Positions 1 through 13,600 of a DNA stretch of 64,000 nt are shown here, in pieces. Both the position numbers and the translations under genes were made by a program. The notes under the pieces are model-generated. The model did not search any database. It saw nothing but the letters and a program-made list of their open reading frames with translations, and was not told the DNA's origin. Every line of letters begins with the position of its first letter. Position 1 is the first letter of the stretch. Where the stretch lies: assembly GCA_965153285.1 (NCBI GenBank), contig OZ229116.1; one strand, given 5' to 3'. This DNA comes from Podarcis tiliguerta (taxonomy: Eukaryota).

Positions 1-1793
1 TTAGATAAATGTGAAATTGCTTTTAGACCAATGTCAAATGTTTTGATATCTGAATAATATTTCTGGAGAATACATGCCTTATCTGCTGCATTCTTTCTTA
101 AGGCAAGGAAGAGAACAAGTAAAATGGAAATTTTACGAAAGGGGTGGTGAATGTGTGGGTCCTCTAGATGTTGCTGGACTCTAGCTTCTATTTGCCCTAG
201 CGAGCACAGCCACTGGCCAGGGATAATGGGAGTTTTAGTCCAGTAATGTCTGAAGGGCACAGGCTCCCCGTCCATTTTACAGGAAGGGGAATATTTCCAC
301 TAGAAGGCACTTTGCAGCTTCTTATATGTTAATTCAATTGCCTGCTGGATGTACGATTAAAACAAACATAAGAACAGCCTAAGATCAGATCAAAGGCTCA
401 TCTACCCCTCTGTTCTTCCTAGTGGCCAACTAGATGCCCTTTAGAAGCTGGCATGTGTGGCAAAGTGGAAGTAGCCATTTTCAGTTTCTTGCCTTAATAT
501 CTGGTATTCAGAAATATGGTGCCTCTAAATACGGAAGCTGACTTCAGCTGTTATGACTAATAGCCATAAAATAATCCATCATACACAAAGTTGTCTTATT
601 ATCAATCATGAACCTACTTTCAATTATGGTGCCTTTGGGATACTGGAGAGGGATCAAACTTTTTATACAACAATAGCTAGTAATTTAGATATATTTGCAG
701 GCTAAGCTTATGTTTACATAAAATTAATCTTTGTTATATTCAGTGAAGTTTTTACTGAGCCTTCTGTCTACTCCGAAGTAATTGCAACTGGGTTTACTGG
801 AATTTACTCTCAAGTAAGTGAATATAGGATTGCAGGTTTTACTTATTCTTTCATTGTACAAGCTGGCAAGGGGCTAACAAGTAAATACATAAAATAATAT
901 GCACCAACTGTAGCATAGTCCTTAGAATAGTGATTGTGCTTAGACACACTTTTTAGCCTTACTGTTTGCTTTCAGAAGATTATCATTCCTTGAAATTATT
1001 TTATGGGGAGAGGTGGATTATCTGTGAAATTATCTGGAGAGGGGTTGGTAGCATAGTGCACTAATGGGAAAAGTCACATTTTAGCTGTTACGTATTTATT
1101 TATTCCCTAGTTGGGTAAGCCCTGATCTTATCCTCTTGGACCAGCACCCTGAAAAGATGTGAATACCTGCCAATATGAAACAGTTTTACTACAACAGTAT
1201 TTTCTGCAAAGCAAAAAGGAAAGCTCTATCACGCTGCGGTGCCTTGTCACTTCCCAGCACAAGGCAATGAGCCTATTCTGATGGTTCTGTGGCAGTTACA
1301 ATAGCTTTAGGTCCTCAGGATGTATAAACTTTTCTTATTGTCATGCATCTGACAAAATGGGCTTTGGGCTCAGAAAGCTTATTCTGCAATAACAGGACAA
1401 TCACATGCTTCTCCGCTTAAAAGTCACCCTCAACAAGTTAAGTGCACTGGATTGCAGTCTAAAAAAATAGTCTTTAATTAAAGTGTCACAATACTCTGTT
1501 GCATGTGATAAATACTTAAGCATTTGCCAACATTGTTCTGAGCAAATTATTTATTAATGGGAAAGATATTTAATTTTCAGATGTCTAATTTATATTTTAT
1601 CCAGCAATTTTAGAATCCTATAGGGTAGCATGACATCAGCAGAACAGAAAGGAAGAAATCATGTAATTTAGAAATGATAAAGGAACTCTAATTGTACCAA
1701 GTGTGCCTAAAAAAAAAAAAACCCCAACCAGCAACATGTTAGCAGATACAATTTGTTATATGCTGTATTTTTTTCTAATTTTGTACATATAAA

Positions 1794-1799
1794 ATTAAA
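1794..1799 (+). terminator. Candidate poly(A) signal ATTAAA of the upstream gene (TTPA by synteny)
   Basis: Upstream TGTA elements and a downstream GT/T-rich tract (tttgtgtgtgtgtatttttt); gene identity is inferred from synteny only. Confidence 0.45.
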
Positions 1800-2079
1800 C
1801 ATTATAAATGAGCCAAGCTGTCCCATCATTTGTGTGTGTGTATTTTTTTCTCAACACCACTTGCTTTTATTGCAATACTAAATATTATTTCACCACAGTC
1901 TATTTCTGTTCATTCTACACTAAGAGTAGTTTATTAAGCAGTCAAAATTTGAAGACAAACTATGTTAATAGGGCTGGAGGAAGTGCTTTGCATTCAAAGT
2001 ACTTCCACCAAGCAGCATGTTTTTGTCTGTATGGGGGATGCTCCATTTAAACGGAGCAGTTTTTCTACTGCATAGGAAG

Positions 2080-2430
2080 GTAAGGGTAAAGGGACCCCTG
2101 ACCGTTAGGTCCAGTCGTGGACGACTCTGGGGTTGCGGCGCTCATCTCACTTTACTGGCCGAGGGAGCCGGCGTACAGCTTCTGGGTCATGTGGCTAGCA
2201 TGACTAAGCCACTTCTGGTGAATCAGAGCAGCGCACGGAAATGCTGTTTGCCTTCCCACTGGAGCGGTACCTATTTATCTACTTGCACTTCGTGCTTTCA
2301 AACTGCTAGGTTGGTAGGAGCAGGGACCGAGCAACAGGAGCTCACCCCGTTGCGGGGATTCGAACCACTGACCTTCTGATCAGCAAGCCCTAGGCTCTGT
2401 GGTTTAACCCACAGTGCCACTCGCATCCCA
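2080..2430 (-). mobile_element. Sauria SINE, full length
   Basis: tRNA-like head with B box, (ACCTTT)-type tail; 11-bp TSD tgcataggaag at 2069-2079 and 2431-2441. Confidence 0.92.
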
Positions 2431-2719
2431 TGCATAGGAAGCTATTTACACTCAAAATGCTTCCTCCAGAAACATTTCAAAGGAACTCTCTGTAACTGCC
2501 TATCATCTGATCAGCAGTGGCAGCAAGCCCATCACAAGGCAAGCTCCCAGCGCCAGTCAGCTGATGGTTGCTGAATGTGCATCTTCAGAGGAGGTTGCTG
2601 TAGCTGCCACTCTAAAACTTTTATGAGTGTCAATAATCTGAGGTTATTATCACAGCTGGTGACTGACAGGTGGTTAGCCAGCCCATCTATCAAAGTTGGC
2701 CTGCAGGGGTTGGATGAAT

Positions 2720-3620
2720 TAGGGATCTGGCCTACTGGTATTGTCCAATTCCTAACCACTCTCAGCTCATAAGCAGTGCCCAAAAGCAATAGCCCTCTGC
2801 TACTGCTATTCCCCAGCAACTAATATTCAGAGATATACTGTCTCTGATACTGCAAACAACATATATCCATTATGACTTGTAGTCAGCAATAACCTTTTCC
2901 TCCATGGATTTGTCGAATTCCCCTTTAAAATCATTTAAGTTCATAGGCGGCAACATGCCTTGTAATGAAGAATACACTGTGTGAAGGATGACTTCCTTCC
3001 TGATTCGGTTTCACCGGATGACCCTGGTTTCTAGCATTATGAACCCCTGCTAGATTTGGTTGCCATTTTCTGAACTTTCTGACTCTACAGTGTATTTTTT
3101 TGAGATGCAACAACTGGAATTCTGCATAGTACTCCCAAGTGTGTTCACCCCATGGATTTGTATAAAGGCAATATAATATTGCCAGCCTCATTTTAAATTT
3201 CTTTCATAATGATGCCTAACATGGAATGTACATTTTTCACACCTACCATACAGTGACTTAAAAGTTTTGATCAGCTATGCAACACCACCCCAAGGTCTTT
3301 TTCCTGGTCAGTCTCCACCAGCTCAGACCCTATAAGGATACATGTGACTTTTTGCCCCATTGTGTCATTTTACACTTACACTGAGCTTCACTTGGCATTT
3401 TATTGCTCATTCACTCAGTTTGGAGTTACCCTTTCGGAGCTCTTTACAGTCCCTATTTTTTACAGTGCTGAGTTAAGCAAACTTGGTTCCCACGCCGCTT
3501 CCCTTGATCCCATATCATTTATGAACAAGTGAAGAAGCATCAGCTCCAATACAGGTCTAGGTGGATATTACTCCTTATGTCCTTCTATTGGGGGAACAGT
3601 CCATTTATTGCTTCTCTCTG
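2720..3620 (-). mobile_element. Degenerate CR1/L3 LINE (RT C-terminus plus 3' UTR)
   Basis: Decayed LYK..VRPHLEY..QFW..HLKK-like peptide on - strand; related 3' end at ~362-620. Confidence 0.7.
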
Positions 3621-4129
3621 TACATTATACAGTAGAAACACAAATCAAACACACTGCTTCCACCGAAAACAGCAGCGCTACTATGTCCTCAAGGAACTAT
3701 TTCTAAATATGAATAAACGTTGACACACCCAAATGGTGATTATTAAAATTCATCAGTCGTTATAGGTGTGCTACACCATTTATGACACAAAGGCCAGTTT
3801 GCTAGGCTGTAGTACTAAGCCAAATAAATGTCAAGGAAGTTTGTTGGGCAGAACTGCCCTTTATTCCTACGCGATTTTCTTACTGGCTCCCTAGAAACCT
3901 CCCTAGATATCATCGTCATTTGCATGCTGCCTTTCCATAGTTAAAAACCATGCTCGAGGCGGCTTACGACATGGTAATATTTACATAATTACCCAAATGC
4001 ACTCATAAGAAACCGTAACAACGAAATTAAGCAATTCCCACACAAGTTATAACGAGATCTATAAAGAGTAGTATAATATCACGAACAGCAAGATGGACAT
4101 AAACAAAATAAAATCTTGACTCCAACAAC

Positions 4130-4630
4130 CCCACCCGGCCTAAATCTCCCGCGCGCACCGATGCCCACGCATGCATTTCCAGCAGCTCTTCCTCCTCCGC
4201 CTCTTTTTGCGTTGCCGGCAAAGAAGGAACGGGGAAGAAAAGGCGCAGCGGCGAAGAAGCCCGCCTTCTCAGAATGCCACGGCTGCTGAGGACAACATTT
4301 CCCAGAATGCCGCGGCCGCCCAGCCGAGATGCGCCCTGATTGGACGGCGTTGCAAAGCCGCTCGGCGCCGGGGCTGAGCGTTCGGCAGAGGCGCGCGCCA
4401 TAAGACGGGCGTCGCGCGCGGAGCCTGGCTCGGGTCGCCGAATGCTGCGGGCGGACATGGCGAGCTGGGCGGGACTCGGGCGCGCGCTGGGCGCCTGCTG
4501 TCTCCTGGGCCTCTTCTGTGGCGCCGCGCTGCCCTTCTCGCTGCAGGGCGCGAGCAAGAAAGCCATCATCAACGAGAGACCCATCATCGGTGAGTCGCCG
4601 CGCTCTGCGCTTGTAAGGGGGGATCCCCGG
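4130..4630 (+). promoter_or_regulatory. CpG-island promoter of GGH with inverted CCAAT box (ATTGG 4339-4343) and ZNF143/Staf-like sites (4266-4282, 4292-4313)
   Basis: Abrupt GC/CpG enrichment around exon 1; ACAACATTTCCCAGAATGC resembles ACTACAnnTCCCAnnATGC. Confidence 0.8.
4457..4589 (+). CDS. GGH: GGH exon 1 (MASWAGLG...NERPIIG, signal peptide)
   Basis: Strong Kozak gacATGg; hydrophobic leader; donor G|gtgagt at 4590. Confidence 0.93.
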
Positions 4631-7600
4631 GATTCTCCAAAGAGCCAGAGAAAGAGTCCTGTTGCCAGGGAACGTGGACGAGGGCAAGAGGAGAGAGAGA
4701 AGTGGGGGGGGGGGGGAATAAAAGAAATGCAAAAAGTCTCCCCTCCCTCCTTTAGCTCGGTGGGTCGGGCACCTATAAATCGTAGAATTGTAGAGTTGGA
4801 AGGGACCAACTAAAGCATGAATGATAGATGAGCATCCAACTTCTGCCTTAAAAAAATAATAATGTTATGCTTGCACTGGGATCACCCAAGGGGATTATTT
4901 GTGAGACCAGGTGGCTCTTTCGCACTTGATTCTTATCACCCCAGTTGTTTCAGATGAATCCCGTCTTTTAAAATGCAGTGCTACTTTCCAAGCAAATGAC
5001 CTAGGTTTGAGTAGTTTGAGATCAATCAGTATTCACCTGTCACTGGCGAGACGGTGCTGCTGGTAGATCAAAACAAGCAAGCAAACATGGCATCTTTCAG
5101 GTGTCTGGGGCAACTGTAGCTTCTAGAATACTTTTTTGATTTTTCCTGCCATTTCCAGCGTCTTCATTTCAGGGGGTACAAGAATTCATGTGTACCCGTG
5201 GTTGACAGCCTGTTCCTATAGGTATGTTTACTTGGAAGTAAGCCACCCCAGTGAATTCATTAGCAGCAGCTCTTAGAGAAATTGCACAGGGTTATGGTCC
5301 TAGTCTTCAAAATATTTCGATTGATGTAATAATGATTTTAGCCTATCTGTGCAAGTAGCGAAAGACAACACATTCACCCAGACATCACCTGTTACTGGGG
5401 GAAATATACCTCTGTAGAAATCTTGAAACAACACTAAGAATGCCATTTATGAAAGAGGCTCACTATCTTTAATGAGACCTTTATCAATTGGCTGTCCTCC
5501 AGATGTTTTGGACTAAGCAAAGTCTGTGTGTTGAAAATCCACCTTTTAGCGACTTTTATTTATTTTGATTTGTGATGGATTGTTGGCAGAGGGTATGTAG
5601 CAGATATCCAGAAGATTTGCAGTAAGTAGATTGGTAAGCATTCTGACTCCTCAGTTGTTTTACAAGAGCAACAGATTGACTTTTGCTGAAAAGTAGGAAG
5701 CTAATCGGGTGTAAAAGGACTGCGCAAAAGGACTGTGAACTCAGTTCAGTTCTGGTACTTAGAACAAATTCCTGGGCTTAAAATGTTACTGGAGGCACCC
5801 TGAACACTCATTCAGAGTCTTCAGTGCCTGACTTTAGGGGCAGATCTTCTCTGTGGTATATAGGGATTCTAGCAAAAAGCAAAGTAGATCTAACAAACTT
5901 AAAATCTGCCCATCCCTGTTCTATACTCCCTGATGGAAACTATGTCAGTAACAGTGATTTTTGGAGAGAGTGTGACTACCCATAAATTTATAAAGTTCCT
6001 CGTTCTAAGGTTTCTGTTAAACACACACACACCACCACCACCTTCTCCTCCTCCTCCTCCTCCTCATTTTGTTGTTCGATTCCAGAAGGAAGAAGTGCTT
6101 GTTCAACACCAAGTTGATGAGCTGGTAACCTGGAATGCCTCAACCTCCCCCCCTCCCAATTGTGGTGCAATGGGTCTTGTTGACAGCATTGCACAACTTA
6201 CTGGTATCATGTTCTGCTGTGCCTGGGTTGTGAACTTTTGGAAAGCTGGTTCTAAATTCCTTTTTTAAAAAAATATTTCTGTTATAGAGAGTGTGATAGG
6301 ATGCTTGCTGGAACTAGTCTGTTGTCTGGATCTAAGCATTCAGCTGCGTGCGTCAAATTGTGAAGCACTCAAGGGGTCAAAAGTGTATTGTATTTCAACA
6401 AGTCAGTTTAAAAAGGATAATGCAGGTACTTTAAAATATGGTGTGAAAAATTTGCTTTCACGATAATATAGCAGACCTTTGACTTACAGGCTATTCCATA
6501 TTTCATATAGAAAGTATTTAAGCGTAGCATGAAATCCATTTTTAGACAGTCATGTCTGATTATCACAGATTTTCAGGTTGTACTTCCTCAAACATGTAGT
6601 GAGACATACATGCAATTTTCATTTATGTAATTTATTTATATCATATCATTTCTATACTGTTTGCTTTTAAAAAACAAAAACAACCCCCCCAAAGGAGTTT
6701 ACAAAAGGAATCTACTCCTGCTTTCACTTTGCTTTCACATAAATGCTTTCTGAGTATAAAATGAGTAACATGCAAACCAATCTTAAATATAGTTTGTGTT
6801 CAACACCATCTGAACAAGTGATTGCCCCGCTGCTGCTGCTGCTGCTGCTGCTGCTGCGGCGGCGGCTGCTGCTGCTGCGGCTGCTGCTGCTGGATTGTCA
6901 TTGTGATGTTATATTGGACACCATGTTCTTTCTTGCATTCAAATATAGATAATATTAAATTAATCATCATACCCCACCTACTGCTAGTTTATCAGTGGCA
7001 TCTCAGTTTTTCCTGTGACCTCGCTGATGCCTAACTTTTTTCCTCTGGGTCTTTCTAGGAATATTAGCACAGGAAACTGACTTTAAAAGCTTCCAAAAAT
7101 ATGGAAGTTCTTACATTGGGGCTTCATATGTGAAGTTTATTGAATCTGCTGGAGCCCGGGTAGTACCAATCAGGTAAGCTTGTGTGAATAATGTGCTCAC
7201 ATGCTGCAGTGCAAAGTACAAATTTTCTCAGGACAATATTTGCCAGTGTTTAGGGTAGAAGCAGATTAGCACTCTTCAGTATGGGTGTATTTGTGAAGCA
7301 ATTGCATTGTAGCGGTTCAAGAGTTAGACTAGGACTGGAAAGATCCAGGTTCAAAATTCTACTTAGCCATGAAGTTCACCTGGTGACCAGTCACAACCTG
7401 TCACCTTAACCTACTTTGCAAAGTTGTTGTGAAGATTAGGGAAAATTTGGAAGCTGTCTTGAGGTGCTTAGAGGACATAGATATGACTCATTAATGACAC
7501 TTTCCAGGAAGTCTGCACTAGGGACTGACTTAACATGAATTTAAATTGTAGCACAGGAAATAGGCGTTAACCTTTTAGTTACTGTACTAAAAACTATTCC

Positions 7601-10600
7601 AAACTGATGCAGGGAAGCTATACATTTCTAATGCAACTTTTCATTTCATTTTAATTCCTCCAGACTGAATCGTTCAGATGAAGAATATGATAAGATTTTC
7701 AATTCTATCAATGGGTAAGCGTCCTAATGAACATCTGTTTTGTTGCTACTGGTAGTAAAAGTGAAGAGCAGCGAAGTGGAAGGAAGACAACTGAGACAAT
7801 ATCAGGTTCCAATTTCTGTCAGGCCTTGAATCTCATTGGGTGTCTGTTGCTCAGCAGTTTACCTTGTTGGGAAGATGATAAGGTTTGTAAAGTACATTGC
7901 CATATGCAAAGTGTTGCAGAAGTTAATAGATAATGAAAAAGATGTCACAGTAATAGTGTACAGATAATAGTGTCTGTAATGGCGGCTTTTTTGTGCTCTG
8001 CTTGGTGATAATTCTGTGTATTCTATAACCTGAGTATGCAGTTCCTAGCATTTCCTAGCAGAAATGTGGGGCTGTCAGTACCAGAATAAGAGACCAGCTG
8101 AAATGAAAACAAACAGAACAAATCTTTATTGTGGCAAGCATAGCATATACATTTAACATTGGTTTCTTGTCAAAAGGCGTATTAAACAGAATCCTGGGTG
8201 ATATTTCCTCTAATGAAAAGTGCATATTTGCCTACATATTCCACACAAATTTATTTGAGCTGATTTGGCATTCACAGCTGCTAGCCACTTGATTTTTATT
8301 TTTTATTTACACAATTTCCAACCCACCTTTCATCATCGGTGATCTCATGACAGGTAACAACCATTTGAAAAACAAATGTGGTTATGGAAAAATGCTCATG
8401 CAATAATGGAGTTCGCATCACTGTGGTGTAAACCACTGAGCCTAGGGCTTGCTGGTCAGAAGGTTGGCGGTTCAAATCCCCACAATGGGGTGAGCTCCCC
8501 TTGCTCGGTCCCAGCTCCTGCCAACCTAGCAGTTCGAAAGCACATCAAAGTGCAAGTAGATAAATAGGTACCGCTCCGGCAGAAAGGTAAACGGTGTTTC
8601 CGTGCGCTGCTCTGGTTCGCCAGAAGCAGCTTAGTCATGCTGGCCACTTGGCCAGGAAAAACTGTCTGTGGACAAACGTTGACTCCCTCTGCCAGTAAAG
8701 CGAGATGAGCGCTGCAACCCCAGAGTCGTTCGCGACTGGACTTAACTGTCAGGGGTCCTTTACCTTTACCACTTGGAAATTGAGGTTTTTATTTCCAACT
8801 ACTATCTTCCTGCTCCTCCCACTGTGTTCCATGATGACTGTCTGAACAACCCTTCCTTATAGTACTTGAGTATGTCACTTTTTCTTTAAAGATTGTATTG
8901 CAGATCCTTCCGTGATTACAATCCAGGTTTATCCATGTTACCTTTGTGTGACCAATCGGCAGTTCATTGCTGCTGATGAAAGTGTTGTCATTTTGTTTGC
9001 TTAGGATTCTCTATCCCGGAGGTGGTGTTAGCCTTGAGACTTCTGAATTTGCCAGAGTTGCAAAGATATTCTACAATAAAGCACTAGAGGTAAATATTGG
9101 AGCATGCCAATATTTTTGCATTGGGGCGTTGGCAATGTTGAGGAATGACAGTTGTTGGTGCCTCTTATTTTCACACCTTTCTAGCTGGCATATGGGTAGT
9201 CATACAACTCTGCCTTATCTTTCTGTGCATGATTTTGGGACTAGGCTGTAAGATGTAAATAGAATCATCTAGGGTCATCTAGTCCAACCCCCTGCAATGC
9301 AGGAATCTTTTGCCCAAACGTGGGCTTGAACCCACAACCTTGAGTTTAAGAGCCTCATGCTCTACCAACTGAGCTGCCCCAGTTTCTTTCCTGGTGATGT
9401 ATGGGGAGTCCCCAACCCCTCTGAGACCTGGGGGCACATTAGGAAATCTAAGGAACTATCCTGCTATCTTCCTAGGTAGTTAAATAATGGGGAATATAAA
9501 TGTCTAGGATCTGTAGCTATTGATTTCTCCCCCTTATTGTTGTTTCCAGGCTAATGATAGAGGGGACTATTTTCCTGTGTGGGGGACATGCCTGGGACAC
9601 CAGCTGCTTAGCGTCCTCACTTGCGGGGAAGACCTGCTCACCTGGACTAATACGGATGGCTTTGCATTGCCGCTGAACTTTACTCCAGGTAAAAACTCAA
9701 GAGTTTCAGTTCACAGCAGACTTATGAGGGGCGGGGGGGGGGGGTGATAATAAATTCTGCAAGTCAAAGTGAAATAATGACTTTGAGAATGCATTGAGCT
9801 TTGAGGTCCTGGAGATGGTTAGTCTTCTATCTCATAAGTTTGAGAGGCCTGATACTGTGCTGCGCTGGAGATCCGTAGTAGAATACAGGGTCTGGTGAAA
9901 GAGTCCCTTCTTTGGTATTGTAGTCTGGCTCCATGAACTCTGCTGAAACAGACTGTTGCTGTTGGTTCAGCTATGCTGTATAATGAGTTTTAGGGGACTG
10001 TAAGAAAAGGATAGGAAAAGGGTCGAGAACTTGTGGCCTTCTGGATGTTGCTGAACTACAGCTCCCATAATATTTGGCTGTTAGACATGCTGTCTGGGGC
10101 TGGTGGGAGTTTGACAACACTTGAAAGGCCACAAGTTCTCCACTGCTGGGATGGAGCCCCAACACCAGAGTAATGGCTCTGTCGCCTTAGAGCTAATGAT
10201 GACACTTGCTAGCTGTTTAGAGCAGCAGTGGAAATTAAGAGTTTCATAATGTGTGGGATGCTGTTACTTCTTGAGCCTCTGTTTGAAAATTACAGTGAAC
10301 TGGGAGTGGGGACTCTTTATCTGGAATGCTACAGATCACACCTGAATCTGGTTATAAGCAAAATGTCCAAATATTTAATTTTCACATGGCAGCACCACTT
10401 TTGTTGGCATTGACCTATGATGTTACATAGTGGGTGGGTCATCTTCCTTCAAAGCAGGAAGTCAGCAATCATTATGCAAAGCAGGAAATTAGCAGTCGGT
10501 GAGGGTTTTTCCAGAACATTTTTGGTATGGTTAAACCCATGGTTGCTACATGTTGACCACAAAAGGAACGCCCTTAAGCTCTTGCATTTTAAGGAAGGAA

Positions 10601-13600
10601 TATTGCTTTTTTTCTAACCTTCACATTGCAACTCCCCCCCCCCCACTGAAAAGTGGTGCTTCTATTACAGTTCTGAGCATTGCAAAGCGCAAGGGAACAC
10701 GTGGGCGCAAGTGTTGTGGACAGTGCCTGTAATGCTGTCAGTGATTAGAGGAATGATTATGAATTTCTGAAAAGCCTTACTGTTTTTAATTGCGTTAAAC
10801 AACTACATTTAGATGCTGAGCATTCCCCACCATTTTTCAGCCTGTGTTTATTTGAAGCCTGAGTTCTCCTCTGTCCTGGAGCCCAGTAGGATACCCCTTC
10901 CTGCCCCTGCTACTAAAATAAACGCAGCTCTTTCCTTGCAGCCCTGCAACCTGGTTAACCCACCTCCATTAATTGCAAATGGGATACAGTGTGGCTGATG
11001 CTAGATTGCACTAATGTGTTAATAAGGAAATGGCTACTGGCCCTGATGGCTATAATGCTGTGCCACCTCCAGGTTCTGAATTCCTCTGAATTCCTGTTCC
11101 TGGGGAACAATAGCGGAAGAGCTGCTGCCCTCAATGCCCTGCTTGTGGGATTCCCCGAGTCATCTGATTGGCCAATGCAGGAAAACAAGCTGGGCTGATG
11201 TTCTTAGATAAGAGTCTGTGTCATTGAAAGGTCCTAAGCCAAATCCTGGTGTGGCTCTTCTTCCAGCAATTAATAGGTGGCTTGTCATCTTGTTGAGTTA
11301 ATCCTGAATCTGTGCGTCATAATGCATTCCACTAAAGTGAATATGACCCAGAATGTGACTCTGAATACATTATTTAGCAGATTGGGTAGCATTTGCTTTG
11401 TATTAAACCAAAAACAAGGGATGCTTGCCCTGAACCACTGGCACAAAGGAGGACTCATGGGAGTGGCTGGGTGCAGGTGTACCAAAGGACGATGCCAAAA
11501 ATGCTGGAGTGTTCAGTTCTAGTGCTTTATTAGAGAAGGTGTAGACTTACAGCAAATCAGCCTGCCAGTTCTCCTAGCCTTTGCCAGATGCGGGACGGAT
11601 TCTGCAGCAAGGAGATGACTTGTCTGTGCCCAAGCAAACATTCATAATTTATAAACAAAGCAGCATACGTCCCTTTTCCTACGACTCCCACTGCTTCACC
11701 TGCCCAGGTGAGGGCAAAAATGGCAGATGCCCAAACCTTACAGACAGCTCCCCGTTCTGGGCTCAGAGCCCAGCACCCCAGGCCTACAGATGAGGATAAC
11801 ATCTAGCTTATATCAAAGCAAATGAATATAAACATATAGAGTCAAACCTCCGTTGTCAAATGTAATCTGTTCTGGAAGCACGTTCAGCTTCTGAAATGTT
11901 TGACAACCGAGGTGCAGCTTCCATTTGGTTGCAGGAGCTTCCTGAACTCAAGCAGAAGCTCCGTCAGATGTTCTGCTTCTGAAACTGTTCAAAAACCAGA
12001 GCATTTACTTCCGGGTTTTCGGCATTCGGGAGCTGTAACATTCCAAAACAGAGGCGTTTAGGATCCGAGGTTTAACTATATGAACTTGTTGCCGCAACAA
12101 CAGCCAATTAATTGTGGTGTTATCTTGACTATCAAGATGGAGTTAACAAAGTTTCTGGAACAATTCACCTTTGGTTCAACACAATGCTTACAGAGTTTTT
12201 TTCATGAAGTTTGTTTTATGTTTTACACTTAAAGGATTCTATGTAATGGGGAGGGAGAGTTGAAAATAATATCAAAATATTTCACATCTGGGAACCAATG
12301 TACCACTTTGGTTCCAGACAGTACATGGGTAGACAAGTATAAAAAGCCCAGGACACAAATTTTCATGGCCCTCTAGCTAGCGGCTATGGGGCTCATTTAA
12401 CAAAAGCAATGTATTTTGCATTAACTCTGGATGTTTACTTGATACTGTCCAAACTAAGCCTCCTAGAGCAAAATATGTTGTGGAATGTTTTCTCAATATT
12501 GATCCAGAGTAGATTCCAGTTTATAGTCAGCAGAGTAAAAACTTAAACATGTTGCAGGATTCCTAAAAAATAGACCAGAGGCAATTAATATTTCATCCAG
12601 CAGAGCTTTACTGCTACTGAAGGCAAATGAGCATAATGGTCACAAATCCAATACATTCAGGATTGGCACTGTCCATAAGAAATCCAGTTGCAGCAGACTT
12701 AACTTAAACTTACAATAACTCTATACAGAACACCACACCAGGAAAAGAGAAAGAAAGAGAAAAGCAAAACCCACGCTTCCCTCTGGCCTATTTTTATAGT
12801 CAGCATGACCTTGACGGAAGAGATAACAGAAGCAGTTTAAGCCAGCTGTACTCAGCGTCTCTGAAGGGACGTCATGAACCTTCTGCTTGTTTCTTTCACA
12901 CAGAAGCTTCCAGGACCCTCTTGAATTAAGTAGAATAGGAAAGATCTCTAGAAATCACATCAATACTTTCTGCACTAAGAAATGCAGACTGACAAAATAA
13001 ACACCACTATCATAGAATCGTAGAGTTGGAAGGTACCCCCTAAGGATACCAATGTGGTACCTGCTGTTGACTGTTGTGTGTATCTGTGTGTGTGTCATTT
13101 GACATCAGTTCAGTTTTTCTAAGCGCTACCTGAGCTCTTGCAGATCAGGCATGCCTTAAACAAGTGGGCAGGCTGCAGATAGTAATATTAACTCTTCTTG
13201 CCTCTTTTTTTTTTTTGGTATAAGATGCCAAAAACAGCGGAATATTCCAGGATTTTCCTGCTGATTTGTTGCAACTGATGGATTCTGAACCCTTGACATC
13301 AAACTTCCACTTCTGGAGCCTTTCTGTGCAGGTACTTTAAAAGTTTGCATGTAAAACATTAATTTAAAATATACCAAACTGCCTTCTACAGCTATGACCT
13401 CACAAAGCAACATGCTAAGGTGTGAGAGATAAGGTGTAAATAGTAACAGCAGATGCACATGTTAATAGGAGAGGGATTAGTAGAAGGATAAAAGTGCCCC
13501 ATCTAAAAGAATATTTTGTAATATAAATAAAAAAAACCTTTCTCTTACAGAATTTTACAAATAATGAGAAGTTGCGCAACTTTTATAAGATCTTAACAAC

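Noticed and set aside
1-1800. TTPA coding sequence
   Set aside because: No TTPA-like exon found; at most 3' UTR is present.
4027-4809. 260-aa and 217-aa antisense ORFs over the GGH promoter
   Set aside because: Low-complexity Arg/Ala/Pro translation expected from a CpG island; no recognisable domain.
6743-7034. Poly-Leu and poly-Cys ORFs
   Set aside because: Translations of the CTG microsatellite.
9300-9379. tRNA-Lys gene
   Set aside because: Mutated stems and fusion to a CR1-type tail identify it as a SINE head.
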